Below are positions 1-8,287 of a stretch of DNA of 64,000 nucleotides, piece by piece. The stretch comes from Dehalococcoidia bacterium (GTDB lineage: Bacteria > Chloroflexota > Dehalococcoidia > CAUJGQ01): NCBI GenBank assembly GCA_042408665.1, contig JBHOQW010000252.1, positions 16,718-80,717 of the forward strand, written 5' to 3'. Each line of letters starts with the position of its first letter. Position 1 is the stretch's first letter. The position numbers were made by a program, and so were the translations under genes. The notes beneath the pieces are model-generated. The model saw nothing but the letters and a program-made list of their open reading frames with translations, was not told the DNA's origin and searched no databases.

Positions 1-207
1 GAGGAGCTGAAACGTGAGGTGCTGCCGGCGAGCATGTTGCCGCTGGTGTACGGGGCCTTCATCGTGGGGCTGTCGCTGATCGCGGGCCTGGTCGCCGGTC
101 ACTTCCTGGGCCGGAACGCCGGCTTCCTCACCTTCATCTTCGCCTTTGTCGTCACCAATCTGCTCTTCGGGTTGCCCCTGGCCATCGCCCGTCCGTCATA
201 CCGCTAG
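1..207 (+). CDS. C-terminal fragment of a membrane protein (N-terminus outside window)
   Basis: Frame open from nt 1 (EELKREVLPASMLPL...). Hydrophobic helix-like segments. TAG stop at 205-207. Confidence 0.3.
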   Translation, partial: EELKREVLPASMLPLVYGAFIVGLSLIAGLVAGHFLGRNAGFLTFIFAFVVTNLLFGLPLAIARPSYR

Positions 208-239
208 GGCAGCGGTGTGACCGATCGGCGAGCGCCCGC

Positions 240-1193
240 CTATATGCCGCCGCCTCGCAGGAAACGGACGACCGCCGCGAGCGGCTCTGCGGCGGCCAGG
301 CGGGCGCGGATGCTACCGGCGATGGCGCGCACCGCGCCCGGGTTGCCGGCTAGGATCGAGCCGCGCCAGCCACGCAACGTCGGCGGCAGGCCACGGCGTG
401 CGGGCCGGGGCTCGAAGGCGTACAGCTCGGTCCACGGCCTGCCCCAGCCGCGGTGCACCAGTACCGACCCACCGGCCTCTCGCACGATCGCCGCCCCTGC
501 GGCCACGTCCCAGATCTTCGGTTGCCAGAACAGCCCGTACTGGAGCACACCGGCGGCGATGAGCGCCAGCTCCAGCGCCACGCTGCCCAGGGTGCGCACC
601 TCGCCGAGCCGTGCGGGCTGCCAGCGGAGAAGGCGCAGCTCGCGCCAGTAATGGGCGGGCAAGGTGGACAGGCGGCGGCGCACCGGCTCCGCCTCCTCGA
701 TCACCCGCACCCGCTCGCCGTTCATGGCCGCGCCGCCACCCAGTCGGGCGTGCACGGTGGCCTGCGAACCACCGGGGCCACAGGACATATAGATTGCCCC
801 CACGACGGGCCGGCCGTACCAGAGCACTCCGATGGAGACCGCCCAGAGCGGCAACCCATTGATGAAGTTGGCGGTGCCGTCCAGCGGGTCGACCACCCAC
901 ACGAACGGTGCGCCCCGAGGCGGCTCAGAGCCTTCTTCGCCAAGCACGCCGTGCTCCGGGAAGCGGGCGCGGATCTCCTCGCGCAGGAACCGCTCCACCT
1001 CGCGGTCCGCCTCCGTGACCGGGTCCTGGTGGCCAGGGCTCTTGTACTCCACGGCCAGCGCCGAACGGAAGCGCTGCCAGAGGCGCTCGCCGGCAGCCCC
1101 GGCCAGCTCGACGGCCGCCTGCTCCACTGCGACGAGTTGTGCGGGCTCCAGGGTGGTGGGCATCGCACCCACGGGTGGGCCAGACCGGTTCAT
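240..1193 (-). CDS. inositol monophosphatase family protein (SuhB-like)
   Basis: 317-aa ORF with the family motifs LGEEGS and WVVDPLDGTANF. Start codon choice uncertain. Confidence 0.85.
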   Translation of the reverse strand: MNRSGPPVGAMPTTLEPAQLVAVEQAAVELAGAAGERLWQRFRSALAVEYKSPGHQDPVTEADREVERFLREEIRARFPEHGVLGEEGSEPPRGAPFVWVVDPLDGTANFINGLPLWAVSIGVLWYGRPVVGAIYMSCGPGGSQATVHARLGGGAAMNGERVRVIEEAEPVRRRLSTLPAHYWRELRLLRWQPARLGEVRTLGSVALELALIAAGVLQYGLFWQPKIWDVAAGAAIVREAGGSVLVHRGWGRPWTELYAFEPRPARRGLPPTLRGWRGSILAGNPGAVRAIAGSIRARLAAAEPLAAVVRFLRGGGI

Positions 1194-1283
1194 ATGCCCA
1201 TGGAACCACGACCAGCCGGTCTGGCGCCAGCGTTCCTGGGCGGAGGGCCTGGGCGGCGCCCTCCCGGTCTCCGACGGTCCTCC

Positions 1284-1937
1284 CTACAGGGACATCTCGG
1301 GCACGTGTGCCGGTACGTGCAGGCGTGCGGCCGTGCGGGCGAGGACCTCCTGCACGCTCGTGCCGGGCGCCAGCTCGCGCAGCACCAGGCCCGTGGGCGT
1401 GACCTCGATCACGGCCAGGTCGGTGACGATCAGGTCCACACAGGCGGCCGCCGTGAGGGGGTAGGTGCACTCCGGCAGGATGCGCGGCTCACCGGACTTG
1501 GTGGTGTGCTCCATGGCCACGATCAGGCGGCGGGCGCCGGTGGCCAGGTCCATGGCGCCGCCGATGGAGCCGCCGCCGCGCGCGGGGACGACCCAGTTGG
1601 CGAGGTCGCCCCGTTCGGAGACCTGCAAGCCGCCGAGCACCGCCACGTCGATGTGGCCGCCGCGGATCATGGCGAAGGACTGGTCGCTGCTGAAGAACGA
1701 CGCGCCGGGCAGGATCTCCACCGGCTGGCCGCCGGCGTTGATCACGTCCGAATCGAACAGAGCATCATCTTCGATGATGCGGCCGTAACCGAGGATGCCG
1801 TTTTCGGCCTGGAAGATGACCCCTGGCGGCGCAAAGTTCGCCACCAGGGTGGGCAGGCCGAACCCGAGGTTCACCACCATGCCGGGCTGCAGCTCGCGCG
1901 CAACCCGGAGGGCGATCAGCTCCCGTGTGAGCGGCAT
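1284..1937 (-). CDS. scoB: 3-oxoacid CoA-transferase subunit B
   Basis: MPLTRELIA...GMVVNLGFGLPTLVANF...ENGILG is typical of the family I CoA-transferase B subunit. ATG at 1937 has GGAG upstream; the track ORF extends to 1985. Confidence 0.85.
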   Translation of the reverse strand: MPLTRELIALRVARELQPGMVVNLGFGLPTLVANFAPPGVIFQAENGILGYGRIIEDDALFDSDVINAGGQPVEILPGASFFSSDQSFAMIRGGHIDVAVLGGLQVSERGDLANWVVPARGGGSIGGAMDLATGARRLIVAMEHTTKSGEPRILPECTYPLTAAACVDLIVTDLAVIEVTPTGLVLRELAPGTSVQEVLARTAARLHVPAHVPEMSL

Positions 1938-2019
1938 AGGGGTCTGCTCCAGGAACGAGGAGAGGGCATACGCCGGACTCCACACGCACGGCCGGTCGTC
2001 GATGCGGGCGCCAGCCCGT

Positions 2020-2712
2020 TCACGGCCACCAGCGGATGGGCACCGGGTCGCAGCGGACGATGCGGTCCACGTAGATGCCGGGGGTGACCACCTGCTCTGG
2101 GTCCAGCTCCCCCACCTCGACGATCTCCTCCACCTCCACGATCACCAACCGCGCGGCGGTGGCCATGGGGACGTTGAAGTTGCGCCCGGCGGCGTGATAG
2201 ACGAGGTTGCCGAACCGGTCCGCCACGCGCGCCTTGAGCAGGGCCACGTCGGCGGTGAGGGCGTACTCCAGCAGGCAGGGGCGGCCGTTGAAGACGCGCA
2301 CCTCCTTGCCCTCGGCCACCACGGTGCCGGCACCCGTAGGGGTGTAGAAGGCGGGGATGCCGGCGCCGCCGGCGCGGATGCGCTCGGCCAGCGTGCCTTG
2401 CGGCACCAGCTCCAGCTCCACCTCCCCCCGCCGCCACTGCCGCTCGAACTCGCTTTGCCGGCCGCCGGATGCACGGATGGCGAAGGAGGCGATCATCTTC
2501 TTGAGCTGCCGGTTCACACACAGCGAATCGAGCTCATCGCCCAGGCCGATATTGTTGGCGATACCGGTGATGTCGCGTACCCCCTTGTGCACCAGCGCCC
2601 GAATCAGGTTCGTAGGCGAACCAGCCGAGGCAAAGCCGCCGAACATGATCGTGGCGCCGTCGGGGATATCGGCAACCGCCTCGTCCGGCGTGGCCACGAC
2701 TTTGTCGCGCAC
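2020..2712 (-). CDS. scoA: 3-oxoacid CoA-transferase subunit A
   Basis: IMFGGFASAGSPTNLI and later motifs of the CoA-transferase A subunit. GTG start preceded by AGGAG. Lies directly upstream of subunit B. Confidence 0.85.
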   Translation of the reverse strand: MRDKVVATPDEAVADIPDGATIMFGGFASAGSPTNLIRALVHKGVRDITGIANNIGLGDELDSLCVNRQLKKMIASFAIRASGGRQSEFERQWRRGEVELELVPQGTLAERIRAGGAGIPAFYTPTGAGTVVAEGKEVRVFNGRPCLLEYALTADVALLKARVADRFGNLVYHAAGRNFNVPMATAARLVIVEVEEIVEVGELDPEQVVTPGIYVDRIVRCDPVPIRWWP

Positions 2713-2872
2713 GCGGGCTGACTCCTATATTTGGGGTGGGATGCCGTGCGATCATAGGAATGGTGCGTGGAACCGGTCAAGGGCAGGCCGCCCGTCGACT
2801 GCCCGGCTCGGATGCCCCGACCTGGATCATCGCTATACCGGCCCGAGCGGCCTGCTGGAGACGACCACCGAC

Positions 2873-4045
2873 ATGCAGTCTCGTAACCTTTTCCCGGTGG
2901 ATCTACCGGTCCCAACCCTTCTCGAAGCCGCCCCCGACGCGATGATCATCACGGACCACGACGGCCGCATCCTGCTGCTCAACCGGCAGGCCGAAGTACT
3001 GTTCGGTTATGACCGCCACGAGCTTATCGGACAGCCGGTTGAGGTGCTGATCCCGGAGCGATATCGCGGCCCCCACCTCGCTCATCGCGCGATGTACGCG
3101 GCCGCTCCGCGCACCCGCCCGATGGGTGCTGACCTGGAGCTGTACGGGTTGCGCAAGGACGGCTCGGAGTTTCCGGTAGAGGTGAGCCTTAGTCCGGTCG
3201 CGACCGACAACGGCACGGTGGTGATTGCGGCGGTGCGCGATGCCAGCGAGCGCAAGCGCGCCGAGGCGGAGCGGGAAGAGCTGTTGCGTCGTGAGCGGCT
3301 GGCGCGTGCGAAGGTGGAGGCGGCCCTACAGCTGCGGGATCAGGTACTGTCCACCGTCAGCCACGACCTTGGGCAACCGCTGGCCGCCGTACGTATCGGC
3401 GTGCGCATGCTGCGCCGGTTGGCCCAGGCCGGACAGCTCACCCCCGAGGCTATGGCCCAGGTCGAGTTGATCGAGACGGCGGCCAGGCGTATGAGCGTGA
3501 TGATCGATGAGCTGCGGGACATGGCCCGGATCCAATCCGGCCGGTCGCTGGAGCTAGAGTACCAACCGACCGACCTGGTGGCATTGGCGCGCCGTGAGGT
3601 GGGGCTTTGGCAGCAAATGACGGCGCACCACCGCATCACGGTCGATACCGACCTGACCGAGCTGGTGGGCGAGTGGGACGAGCGCCGTCTGGAGCGTGTG
3701 CTGTCCAACCTGCTCGACAACGCGATCAAGTACAGCCCGGAGGGCGGAGACATCGTCGTCACGGTGCGGCGGATCCCCCCGGACGGCTCAGCGTGCTCGT
3801 GGGCAGAGCTGACGGTGACCGATCAGGGCTTGGGCATTCCCGCCGACGATCTGCCCCACATCTTCGACCGCTTTCATCGGGCACGCAACGTCGTCGGTCG
3901 GGTGGCGGGCACCGGCTTGGGGCTGGTGGCAGCTAAGCAGATCGTGGAGCAGCACGGCGGCCAGATCACCGTCACCAGCCGGGAAGCGCAGGGGACCACG
4001 GTTACCGTTCGCCTGCCGATCACCGTTGAGACGGTGGACAATTGA
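2873..4045 (+). CDS. PAS-domain sensor histidine kinase (cytoplasmic; no adjacent response regulator)
   Basis: PAS segment (MIITDHDGRILLLNRQAEVLFGY). H-box SHDLGQPL. N/G boxes LLDNAIKYSP and GTGLGL. ATG at 2873; the track ORF upstream part overlaps scoA antisense and is discarded. Confidence 0.85.
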   Translation: MQSRNLFPVDLPVPTLLEAAPDAMIITDHDGRILLLNRQAEVLFGYDRHELIGQPVEVLIPERYRGPHLAHRAMYAAAPRTRPMGADLELYGLRKDGSEFPVEVSLSPVATDNGTVVIAAVRDASERKRAEAEREELLRRERLARAKVEAALQLRDQVLSTVSHDLGQPLAAVRIGVRMLRRLAQAGQLTPEAMAQVELIETAARRMSVMIDELRDMARIQSGRSLELEYQPTDLVALARREVGLWQQMTAHHRITVDTDLTELVGEWDERRLERVLSNLLDNAIKYSPEGGDIVVTVRRIPPDGSACSWAELTVTDQGLGIPADDLPHIFDRFHRARNVVGRVAGTGLGLVAAKQIVEQHGGQITVTSREAQGTTVTVRLPITVETVDN

Positions 4046-4236
4046 CGGCACCACGGTCGCGCTCATGGGTTGCTATCGCGTGCGAGCGCCGTGCCGGGCA
4101 AGCCACGCGATCCGTCTGGCTCTACCGCTATCGGCGTTGTCCCGGTACTATCTCCCTCAACCGCTTCTGCCGCTGTGGAGGTTCTCGCTGCGCCGAACAG
4201 GGGCCTATCACCCATCAATACATCAGGAGATGCGAC

Positions 4237-4473
4237 ATGGCCACCAGCCCAGCGCTGCCGCCTGCCACACCGGATGAGGCGCGTCGCCGGTTTGTCCAAG
4301 CACTGCACACGCTGGCAGATCACACCCGCCGCATGGCAGCCGAGCCACCTGACAGCATCGCTGAGGCGGCCGATATGCTCCGGGAGGTGGCTGAGGATGT
4401 CCATGGCCTGGCGTTTGTCCTGGCCGACTGGGTGCGCCTGGTGGCACCGAGCGAGGGGACGAACGGGCGCTAA
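4237..4473 (+). CDS. hypothetical small protein (78 aa)
   Basis: ATG at 4237 preceded by AGGAGA (4225-4230). No recognisable domain. Confidence 0.4.
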   Translation: MATSPALPPATPDEARRRFVQALHTLADHTRRMAAEPPDSIAEAADMLREVAEDVHGLAFVLADWVRLVAPSEGTNGR

Positions 4474-4795
4474 GCAGGGTGCCGCTTCGGACCGCTGCCG
4501 ACCACGGTACCGACAGGCGTGGCCGGACAGGGCGGGCCGCCATATGCGATTGGGCTGGACCCCGTCGGCCCCGGCCCCCCGGCTTCGCACCCCGGCATTG
4601 CCGGGGCGCACGGGGGCTCCCCCGTGCAAAGCCGGGGGAAGGGGAACCCCGTGCGTCCCTCAGGCTGCAGCCGGTCCCCCGGCCCGGCCGGGACCGGGCC
4701 GCCCCGGGGTGCTGTGGGAGTTCCGGCCGAAGCCGTGGGTTCCTTCGGCTAAAGCTGGAGGGGCGGATCTCTGTGCGGCTGAGCGGCGGTTCAGG

Positions 4796-4870
4796 TGGAG
4801 CGGGAGATGGGATTCGAACCCACGACCTGCTGCTTGGGAAGCAGCCACTCTGCCACTGAGTTACTCCCGC
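4796..4870 (-). tRNA. tRNA-Gly (anticodon CCC), CCA encoded
   Basis: Reverse complement reads GCGGGAGTAACTCAGTGGCAGAGTGGCTGCTTCCCAAGCAGCAGGTCGTGGGTTCGAATCCCATCTCCCGCTCCA. It has a 7-bp acceptor stem, the anticodon loop TTCCCAA, the GGTTCGAATCC T-arm and discriminator U. Confidence 0.95.
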
Positions 4871-4883
4871 CGGTACCACACAT

Positions 4884-4911
4884 ATTATAGCATCTCTCCA
4901 TCCCGCGGCAA
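4884..4911 (-). promoter_or_regulatory. putative promoter of tRNA-Gly (extended -10 TGC-TATAAT, weak -35 TTGCCG)
   Basis: Minus strand reads ATGCTATAAT at 4893-4884, 13 nt before the tRNA 5' end. TTGCCG lies 16 nt upstream. Confidence 0.55.
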
Positions 4912-5054
4912 CGCCCCACCGGTCCCGCCGCGCGCCGCGTGTGCCGGATAACCGGCGCGGCCGCTCAGGGCCGGCCATGGGCAGACCGGGATCCTGGCGG
5001 CGTGATCGTCGGTCAGTCGCCGGCGACCGAGGGACATGGCAAACCCCTGCTGAG

Positions 5055-5471
5055 TCACGCAGGCGGCATCCCATCGGCACCGGCTAACCGGCCGCGTCGC
5101 TCCGGTGGCCAGTACCGGTACCAGACACGGCCCAGCACCGCGCGCCTCGGTACTGGACCGAAGTGGCGGCTGTCGGTGCTGCGCGTGCGGTTGTCCCCCA
5201 GCAACACCAGGTCGCCGTTGCCGTCCACAGCCGCCACCCGCTTCACGGTGAGGCCGCCCGGCACGGCGCTGACACGGGCCAGCACCACGTCGCCGGGGCG
5301 AGGCCGCCGCCGCAGGTAGGCGAGTTGGCTGACCAGGACACGGTCGCCGTCCCGAAGGCAGGGCTCCATGCTTGGTCCGGTGATCCGCACCCGTTGGACC
5401 AGGCGGCTCAGGATCAGGATCACAGCGGCGCCGGTGACCGTGCCGAGCAGCGGCCACGGTGCGCGTGGCAC
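5055..5471 (-). CDS. sodX: S26-family peptidase, nickel-SOD maturation protease (SodX-like)
   Basis: Signal-peptidase-I-type motifs GPSMEP, VKRV and GDNRTRSTDSRHFGPV. Divergently adjacent to sodN. GTG start with GAAGGAG/GAGGGA upstream. Confidence 0.8.
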   Translation of the reverse strand: MPRAPWPLLGTVTGAAVILILSRLVQRVRITGPSMEPCLRDGDRVLVSQLAYLRRRPRPGDVVLARVSAVPGGLTVKRVAAVDGNGDLVLLGDNRTRSTDSRHFGPVPRRAVLGRVWYRYWPPERRGRLAGADGMPPA

Positions 5472-5494
5472 TCCCTCTACTCCTTCTGCAAGGG

Positions 5495-5522
5495 TTTGCT
5501 GTTGGAACTCGCGATCTATACT
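5495..5522 (+). promoter_or_regulatory. putative sodN promoter (-10 TATACT)
   Basis: TATACT at 5517-5522 with a TTTGCT-like -35 16 nt upstream. AGGAGG ribosome-binding site at 5564-5569. Confidence 0.35.
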
Positions 5523-5581
5523 CTACGGGGACTGCCTAGGCGGAGCCCAACATCACCAAGAGCGCAGGAGGCAAGACGTCC

Positions 5582-6103
5582 ATGAAGCTCGTCGATCGCG
5601 CGATTAGCCTGCTGGACCGCGTGAGCCCGCCGCGCAGCGCGCGCGCCCACTGCGACATCCCGTGCGGCATCTACGACCCCCACGCCGCGCAGGTCGCCGC
5701 CCTCACCGTGATCCGCATGGTCCAGCTCATCGAGGCGCTGCCCAGGCCAGCAGACGGTGCGAGCAAGGCGGAATGGGACCTCTACAACGCCCAGATCGCC
5801 CGCTACACCATGGTCAAGGAGGAGCACGCCAAGCTCTGCGAGCACGAGCTCGTGATCCTGTGGACCGATTACTTCAAGCCGGAGCACCTTGAGAAGTACC
5901 CAAACCTGCATGACCTTTTCTGGAAGGCCACCAAACTGACCTCCACCGTTAAGCAAACCATCAATATGGAGGCCTCCCAGCAGTTGCTCGCCGCCTGCCA
6001 GGAGATCGCCGAGATCTTCTGGGACTCTAAGGGGGTCAAGACCCGCCGCCAGCCCACGAACCAGACCGCCGGTGGCGAGTTCGTCTACCCCGTTGCCGGC
6101 TGA
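5582..6103 (+). CDS. sodN: nickel-containing superoxide dismutase precursor
   Basis: Ni-hook HCDIPCGIYDP follows a 22-aa propeptide. Downstream VILWTDYFKPEHLEKYPNLH matches the Streptomyces SodN pattern. Confidence 0.9.
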   Translation: MKLVDRAISLLDRVSPPRSARAHCDIPCGIYDPHAAQVAALTVIRMVQLIEALPRPADGASKAEWDLYNAQIARYTMVKEEHAKLCEHELVILWTDYFKPEHLEKYPNLHDLFWKATKLTSTVKQTINMEASQQLLAACQEIAEIFWDSKGVKTRRQPTNQTAGGEFVYPVAG

Positions 6104-6204
6104 TCCCGCCAGCCGGCGTCCACGCCGACGCGGGCGGTCGCCTCCGGCAGGCCGCCCGCGCGGTCCCCTCTCGGTGCGGAGCCCAATGACCGCCCGATGG
6201 ACCG

Positions 6205-6630
6205 CTACAGCTCGGAATCGCGCGCGATACGCCGATATGGGCGACGCACGGTCACCCGGCTCAGCCCGCCCTCCTGCGATGGCGCGGCAGGCGGCAGCTC
6301 GCGGCCGGCGCGTGGGATGCGCAGCGTGGCCGGCACCTCTTCCTCACTGACCAGGCGCGCGAACTGCTCCATCGGCAGCGCCGGGTGGATCTCGTAATTG
6401 ACGTTGCCCCGCGCCGCCTCGCGGATCAGCACCCGTGCCACGGTCTCGATATCGGGCGCTTCCAACAAGACGAGATAGTCGTACGGGCCGAGCAACGCGT
6501 AGCTGGCCAGGACGCGAGCGCCGGCGTCCTCCGCGCGCGCAACGGCTTTCTTGTGTCGTTCGGCCAGCCCGTCCAGCGTGCGCCGCTTGCCCGACTCGGT
6601 GGCCCGTCCCAGTGCAACGAAGATCGGCAT
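6205..6630 (-). CDS. GYD-domain protein with C-terminal extension
   Basis: MPIFVALGR...LLGPYDYLVLLEAPD is the GYD-family pattern. ATG at 6630 preceded by GGGAGGA. The track ORF extends further upstream but has no support there. Confidence 0.65.
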   Translation of the reverse strand: MPIFVALGRATESGKRRTLDGLAERHKKAVARAEDAGARVLASYALLGPYDYLVLLEAPDIETVARVLIREAARGNVNYEIHPALPMEQFARLVSEEEVPATLRIPRAGRELPPAAPSQEGGLSRVTVRRPYRRIARDSEL

Positions 6631-6644
6631 CGTGTATCCTCCCG

Positions 6645-7538
6645 CTACGGCGCTCGCAGCCCGGCCGGCCGAGATGGGGCCGTGCCTCCCGCCGCGTCCT
6701 GCCCGCGTCCGTGCCGCCGCAGAAGCGCGCCCGCCGCGGCCAGCACGGTTCCCGCCAACGCCGCGATCAACCCGGTACCGAGCACCGTCATCGCCACATC
6801 GTGCACGACGCGGTCGATCACCGCTTCCGTCACATCGTTGGTCCCGGACAGGAGCAGCGCCACGCCGGCCCACACACCGGCCGTCAGCAGGACGGCAAAG
6901 ATCGCCCCTGCCGCCACGGCGCTGCCCACCGCTACCGCCATGCGCCAAGGCCCCGCCACCACCGCCAGCGCTACCGCCAGGACGGTCGCCACGGCCAGCG
7001 CCGCCGTCCGCCACCATACCAGCCGTCTATGGCTCGGGGCGGAGAGCAGGTTCAGGGTGTGGTCCAGGAGCCAGACGCGGGTGAGCGGTGTAGCCGAAGA
7101 GCCGGCGCCCGCAGTGCCGCGGAACGCCACGCTGCCGGACCGATACACGGCCCGCGTCATGGCGGCCACGACCGCGCCGCGCAGGTGGTCACCGCCGGCC
7201 TGCGCCGCCTCGGCCGGCACCTCGACGGTGAGCGGCAGCCCCGGCACCGGCACCGGCCCGGCATCCGCCGCCGCGGCACGGACGGCCTCACCGTGCACCC
7301 GCAAGGCCTGGTCGAGGTCGGTGAGGGCGGGCAGCGTGGCCGCCAGGGTACGCACTGCCGCGCCGCGCCCCGTGATGATGGCCAGCCCGTGCAGCGTCAC
7401 CAGGCCGGCTGTGACCAGCACCAGCAGCACCCCGAGCAGCGGTGCACGGGCGCTTCCCGCCGGGACAGGCCGGCGGGACATCCACACCACCACCGGATCG
7501 CGACCGGGGCCGACGCCCTGCGCGGGAGGCTGGCGCAC
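6645..7538 (-). CDS. hypothetical polytopic membrane protein
   Basis: Several Ala/Val/Leu-rich hydrophobic helices. High third-position GC in this frame over the stretch I checked (6901-6960). Start uncertain (alternative ATG at 7481). Confidence 0.5.
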   Translation of the reverse strand: MRQPPAQGVGPGRDPVVVWMSRRPVPAGSARAPLLGVLLVLVTAGLVTLHGLAIITGRGAAVRTLAATLPALTDLDQALRVHGEAVRAAAADAGPVPVPGLPLTVEVPAEAAQAGGDHLRGAVVAAMTRAVYRSGSVAFRGTAGAGSSATPLTRVWLLDHTLNLLSAPSHRRLVWWRTAALAVATVLAVALAVVAGPWRMAVAVGSAVAAGAIFAVLLTAGVWAGVALLLSGTNDVTEAVIDRVVHDVAMTVLGTGLIAALAGTVLAAAGALLRRHGRGQDAAGGTAPSRPAGLRAP

Positions 7539-7579
7539 AGCGGCCCGCTCCTTTCCCTACCCCGATATCGGCCCGCGTG

Positions 7580-8149
7580 CTATTCCGCGATCACCCACGT
7601 GCCAGCCAGACGGTCATGCAGGGCACGGCGCTCCCGGTCCTTGAGCAGCAGGGCGACGCTCACCACGGGCAGCACCAGTGCCGCCGCCGGCGTCAGCAGC
7701 AGGGGCAGCGGCAGTTCCCGTGACCGGAGCCACCACGCGGCCGCCCCACCCAGCGGTGCGAGCACCAGCGCCAGGTTCTCCGCCGTGTAGACCACCAGCC
7801 GTACCAGGGCTCGGCCCAGCCCGGGCGCGGCGCCGCCACGACTGACGACCCGCAGGTTCATCGCCAGCTTGCCGATGCTTTGCCCGTGCCACGACCAGCC
7901 GACCAGCGTCACCAGCGTCCAGACCGGCACGACCATGCCCGCGACCAGCAGCGCCGCGTAGAGCGCCCGGTCCGGAGGATCGGTGCGGCCCATGTCGCTC
8001 GCTACCAGCAGCAGCAGGCCGGCGGCCGAGATGAACACGCACGCGAGAATGAACGTCACCAGCCAGTCCAACAGGTAGGCTGCCAGGCGACTCCCCAGCG
8101 GGGCCGGCGCAGCGGCCGGGGCGGTGGAAGGGCGGTCGACGACGGTCAC
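7580..8149 (-). CDS. RDD-family membrane protein
   Basis: N-terminal GSRLAAYLLDWLVTFIL plus later LHDRLAGTWV is typical of the RDD domain. GTG start with GAGGA upstream. Confidence 0.7.
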   Translation of the reverse strand: MTVVDRPSTAPAAAPAPLGSRLAAYLLDWLVTFILACVFISAAGLLLLVASDMGRTDPPDRALYAALLVAGMVVPVWTLVTLVGWSWHGQSIGKLAMNLRVVSRGGAAPGLGRALVRLVVYTAENLALVLAPLGGAAAWWLRSRELPLPLLLTPAAALVLPVVSVALLLKDRERRALHDRLAGTWVIAE

Positions 8150-8197
8150 CGAGGTCCTCGAAGGCAGGACAGCTGCCGTGCGGGGGTCCGTGGGCCG

Positions 8198-8206
8198 ATT
8201 ATAGCA
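8198..8206 (-). promoter_or_regulatory. putative extended -10 promoter element (TGC-TATAAT) for the RDD gene
   Basis: Minus strand reads ATGCTATAAT, the same decamer as upstream of tRNA-Gly. It sits about 50 nt upstream of the GTG start. Confidence 0.45.
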
Positions 8207-8211
8207 TGGTT

Positions 8212-8243
8212 CCCCGCCCCGTCCGGCACCGGACGGGGCGGGG
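8212..8243 (-). terminator. perfect 15-bp GC hairpin downstream of gltA (no U-tract)
   Basis: CCCCGCCCCGTCCGG-CA-CCGGACGGGGCGGGG, 45 nt after the gltA stop. Confidence 0.5.
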
Positions 8244-8287
8244 TGGGCCGCCTTCGCCGTTGCTCCCGCAACCGGGCCCGGGGCCGT

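Noticed and set aside
453-2087. 544-aa ORF on the + strand
   Set aside because: Antisense to the inositol monophosphatase and CoA-transferase B genes, with a low-complexity product.
4474-5054. tRNA-Gly as the attachment site of an integrated element
   Set aside because: There is no integrase, no transposase and no phage or plasmid genes on either side. I found no direct repeat of the tRNA 3' end in the flanks. The neighbours are ordinary chromosomal genes.
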